DNA of 64,000 nt from Acanthaster planci (taxonomy: Eukaryota). Positions 60,401-64,000 of this stretch are shown here, in pieces. The DNA is taken from assembly GCF_001949145.1 (NCBI RefSeq), contig NW_019091362.1, positions 2,964,204 through 3,028,203 on the forward strand. The letters run 5' to 3'. The first letter of the stretch is position 1. Every line of letters starts with the position of its first letter. Both the position numbers and the translations under genes were made by a program. Under the pieces are notes generated by a model. That model saw only the letters and a list, made by a program, of their open reading frames with translations. It had not been told where the DNA came from and did not search any database.

Positions 60401-62199
60401 ATCACCCCCACGTAAGACCTGGATACGCTACTGCCACATGTACCATTGCTAACTATGGTATAGAGGTATGCGTGGTGTTGTATGGATATATTCAAATCAA
60501 GTCTGTCTTGAAGATATTTCTCTGTTATGACTGGCTATGCAGGGAGGATATGGTAAAAATGCAGATGCACATGGTGGACAAAATAATAAACTTCGCTCGC
60601 TCGTTTGCTTTGGTAGTAGGTGTCAGCAACACTTCCATACCGATGATTTCTTTACCCCCAAAATGCGTGTACGTTTGGGGGTTACATAACTCCCCCATCC
60701 CCCACTCTTTGATCGGGGGATTGACTACTGAATCAGCCCTCCCATTAAGGCGTAGTGTGAAGAATTTTTTGGACTTTCCAACATCCGAAGCGTATTCAAT
60801 AGCATTCTAAAACGAAGAACAACTTTTTTAAAAGTCATCAGTACGCTGTTTTGATGTAAGGTAATGCTAGTGTGTAATACGTATTACAGATGTACATCTG
60901 TATCATGAACATCGCCCTCTAGTGCCATTGGTGTCAGCACCCCCCCCCCCCACTTTTAAACTGCCATGGTCGGTCAAGTCATCCCCATACAATCAAGTTG
61001 ATGGCAAAAATGTACGCCACTGCCAAAATGGCACAGGCGAACTGACGTGCAGCCTGGAAACATTTTGCTCCAGTTCAACCAATGCGTCCAATATAATTAA
61101 TCACTCCTTCCAAATTTTGTTCATTGTAACTGATAAAAATCAATAAAGCAGGGGTGACTGACTGAATTCTTGCGCAGAGATTTAAGGTAAATCGTTCCAA
61201 TAGTGTTTACTTTAATCGTTAAGTTTGCCTCTTTTACACTTGTAATTACTTGCTCATAGTTTCAACGTGTTTTCTCAAGACAAATGTTCAACATGTCTTG
61301 TGGTTTAATCCAACCAATATATCAAATCAAATTCGTTTTTTTTTCATTTATCCTGTTTGCCGAACGTCTTTGAACAAGTTGACTGGCGTTCCAAGCCCAT
61401 GTGTCTGGGTCCGTAGTATTTTCTTTCTGTTCGTAACGACGGCCATTGTTACTTTTCCTCAATCTGCGGAGCGGGTTTTCGGTGGACAAGCACGGTAAAT
61501 ATTGACGGAATTACTTCGGGCCCAATCAAGGCGGGACTCCTGTCTGTTTTGTGGTCGGTGATTTGGCTACCGGTCTCCCGGGCGAGGTACTTGAACATTT
61601 TAATCCTGAACTCAAACACCTTGTTGGCAGCACGGTTCCAGAGATTTTGGGTCACTTGAAATGAATTAGCTTCCACTCATCATTATCATTTGATGAGAAA
61701 AGATGTGTTTCCCACAGTTTGCAAACAGTCAAAATGTTAAAGCCTGCTTTCTGGGTTTAAACTCAAATAAACTGTGTAAAGTTTGGGTAACTAACTAATC
61801 AGTTTGATTAAGCCAATAAACCGTTCACCAAATAGTTACTATAACGACATATTATCTGGAAAGCTTGGCTTATTCGAATTTTGTTGCTCGTCATTTTACT
61901 GGACAGGTTCAATTTTCGGATTACGGAAACACCGGGCTAACAGAGGAAGACATTCAGTTCATGGCCAATTTTTAATTCAATTTTTGAGGTTGAATAAACT
62001 TGTGAATATTGAAGTGACAGTGTCGGGAAATAGTGTGTCTGCTCAGGAAAGCGTGGTTTGTGGGGGGTAATCCTTGAGTGATATTTAAGAGTTCAGAGGA
62101 ATTAGGGATGTTTGGACTAAGATGGTTAGAGTTTGGAACTCCCGATCATTTGAAACCAGCAGCTGAGTGTATAACGATAGCCTCGTCACTTGACCTCGA

Positions 62200-62370
62200 C
62201 TCGTATTTTTCACCCAGAGTAAAATGGTTAGCTAGCTGTGAGCACTGAGATGGTTGTTATGTTTGATCACGCGTTTGCGCCTAAAATGACAGCATCGAGC
62301 TGTATACTCTCCGGGGAGCTGAAACGATTTTAGGAATGTTTATGGGCCAAAATGTTCAAGGAAACTAATA
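62200..62370 (+). mobile_element. SINE central/3' fragment
   Basis: CACCCAGAGTAAAATGG...GAGATGGTTG...GAGCTGTATACTCTCCGGGGAGCTGA...AGGAATG resembles deuterostome/echinoderm SINE core sequence as I recall it; not database-checked. Confidence 0.5.
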
Positions 62371-62839
62371 GACAGCCCTTTGATCTATAGAGGTTATAGC
62401 CTTTGTAAAAACTCGTTATTGCTTTACGATAAAAATGGTTAGTATCTTTGCTTCCGTTGAGATCCCTAACCACGTGGCAGAACTGTTTCTTGAACATACA
62501 CAGTAACAGATGCAATGAGACATTATTTACAATGGGCCTTGAGCTGGACCAAGAGAGGGCGCTATTTTCTTAGCAACGAAGGTTCCTTTGGTCGGAACTG
62601 AACTTCGCTGGTTCACGAACGAATAGGAAATGCACGTTTCACGGTCACATCGCTACCAACAGATTGAACCTTCTTGACCAACGCTGCTCTTATCAACCGA
62701 CGATCTGGATGTGGATCTGGCTAGTTTATTGAACAGCTCCAATTGGAAAATCACTCAATTCAGGTCAGAGGCCACAGAGGCATCTAATCAACTTTTCTAT
62801 CTATCTTCTGAATGTAGATGAATTTTGAACTGATGTAAT

Positions 62840-64000
62840 GTTATATGGCAGCTGCTTCCTGTCCCTGGTTGTTGTAGGGAAGCATGACTGCTGAAGGCAT
62901 TTAGTTCTTGTTGAAGGAACTGTTAGTGATAGAGGTTTGTGAGATCATGTTTTCCTAGTGTTGACATCCCTTGTGTTAAACTTCAGGTGGTGTACAACTT
63001 CAGATCTACATTATTGTGAACTATTTTGTGTAACAAAACTAATCTGGTAATACGTCGTCCCTGCAAAAGTGCTGGGAGTTGAAGGTATTTGAACATGGCT
63101 GTAACTAAGCTTTCTCTACTTTAATAATTGGTGATAAAGCGATCTGCCCGTCTCTGCACTGCCTCCACTTTCTCTATGTTGCAGTTAGTTTAGAATCCCA
63201 TACTGAGCTGCAGTACTCAGTATGAGGTCGAACCAGGCTCTTACATGCTTGAATCTTCACTTTTTGAGGGGTACTGACACGGTTACGACAAAGAAAACCA
63301 GTCATACCATTGCTTTGGAGACTACTTATACTGATGTGAGTGCTTCATTTGAAATCAGAAGACAAGATAACTCCTAGGTACTTGTGGTGTTTCGATATGT
63401 TGAGAGTGTGATTACACAATTTACACGAATACCCAATAGTAGCTTTTCTCCTTGTGAAACGTAGTACGCTGCATTTCTCAGGTTTGAAGGATAGTAGCCA
63501 CTTCCTCTCCCAGTCCTCAAGCAGCCTCAGGTCTTTATGAAGGATCTCTGCCTGCTGCTGACGTAATAGAACGACATACAAGACAATCATCCGCAAGCAG
63601 ACATATTTGGGATTTAATCACACCAGGGAGATCATTAATATACAGGAGAAACAAGAGAGGTTCAAGAACGGTGCCTTCAGGTACGTACCCCAGACAATAC
63701 TTCAACAGGGGCTGAAGATGCGCCTCGAAGAACAACAGTTTGATGCCTCCCAGTAATGTTTGACGAGATCCAGGTAAGTAATGGGCCTTAAATGCCGAAA
63801 CGATTGAGCTTATGAAAGAGTCTGCTGGAAGAAACCGTGTCGAAGGCCTTAGCAAAATAAACATCTAAAACAATGCTCTCAACCTGCTTAACCAGACTCG
63901 CTAGATTCCCAAATACGATAGCCAAAAGTTGAGTTCCACAAGACCTTTTTATTCTAAACCCATGTTGGCATTGATTCAAAGCAGTGGAAACGATCACGGT
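62840..64000 (-). mobile_element. Decayed non-LTR retrotransposon (LINE, CR1/L2-group-like) reverse transcriptase region
   Basis: Frameshifted RT motifs QHGFR..RSC.TQLL, FAKAFDTV, VPEGTVLEPLLFLLYINDL, LADDCL and KYLGVIL, plus SCFPTTTRDRKQLP (decayed SFFPRTIRDWN.LP) near 62850-62887. Runs off the right edge. Confidence 0.92.

Overview
Eukaryotic, intron-containing genomic DNA from an invertebrate animal, with two assembly gaps. The repeat families look echinoderm/sea-star-like to me, but that is unverified. Most of the supplied ORF track is noise. Four protein-coding genes can be supported. (1) The 5' four coding exons of STRAP/UNRIP (minus strand), continuing off the left edge. (2) A complete five-exon TMEM9-family gene (plus strand, 174 aa), head-to-head with STRAP with the ATGs only ~230 bp apart. 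(3) An intronless 695-aa ORF with a C-terminal bHLH intermediate between ASC-type and FIGLA-type (minus). (4) An intronless 167-aa achaete-scute ASCb (ASCL3/4/5-like) gene (minus). The TMEM9-ASCb neighbourhood mirrors the human TMEM9-ASCL5 and TMEM9B-ASCL3 pairs, suggesting ancient microsynteny. The rest is non-coding. It holds CpG-rich candidate cis-regulatory islands (one with a Sox palindrome and Hairy/HES sites), many MITE/hAT/piggyBac-type insertions, Penelope-type repeats with minimal hammerhead-ribozyme-like cores, SINE fragments, simple repeats, and a decayed LINE RT at the right edge.
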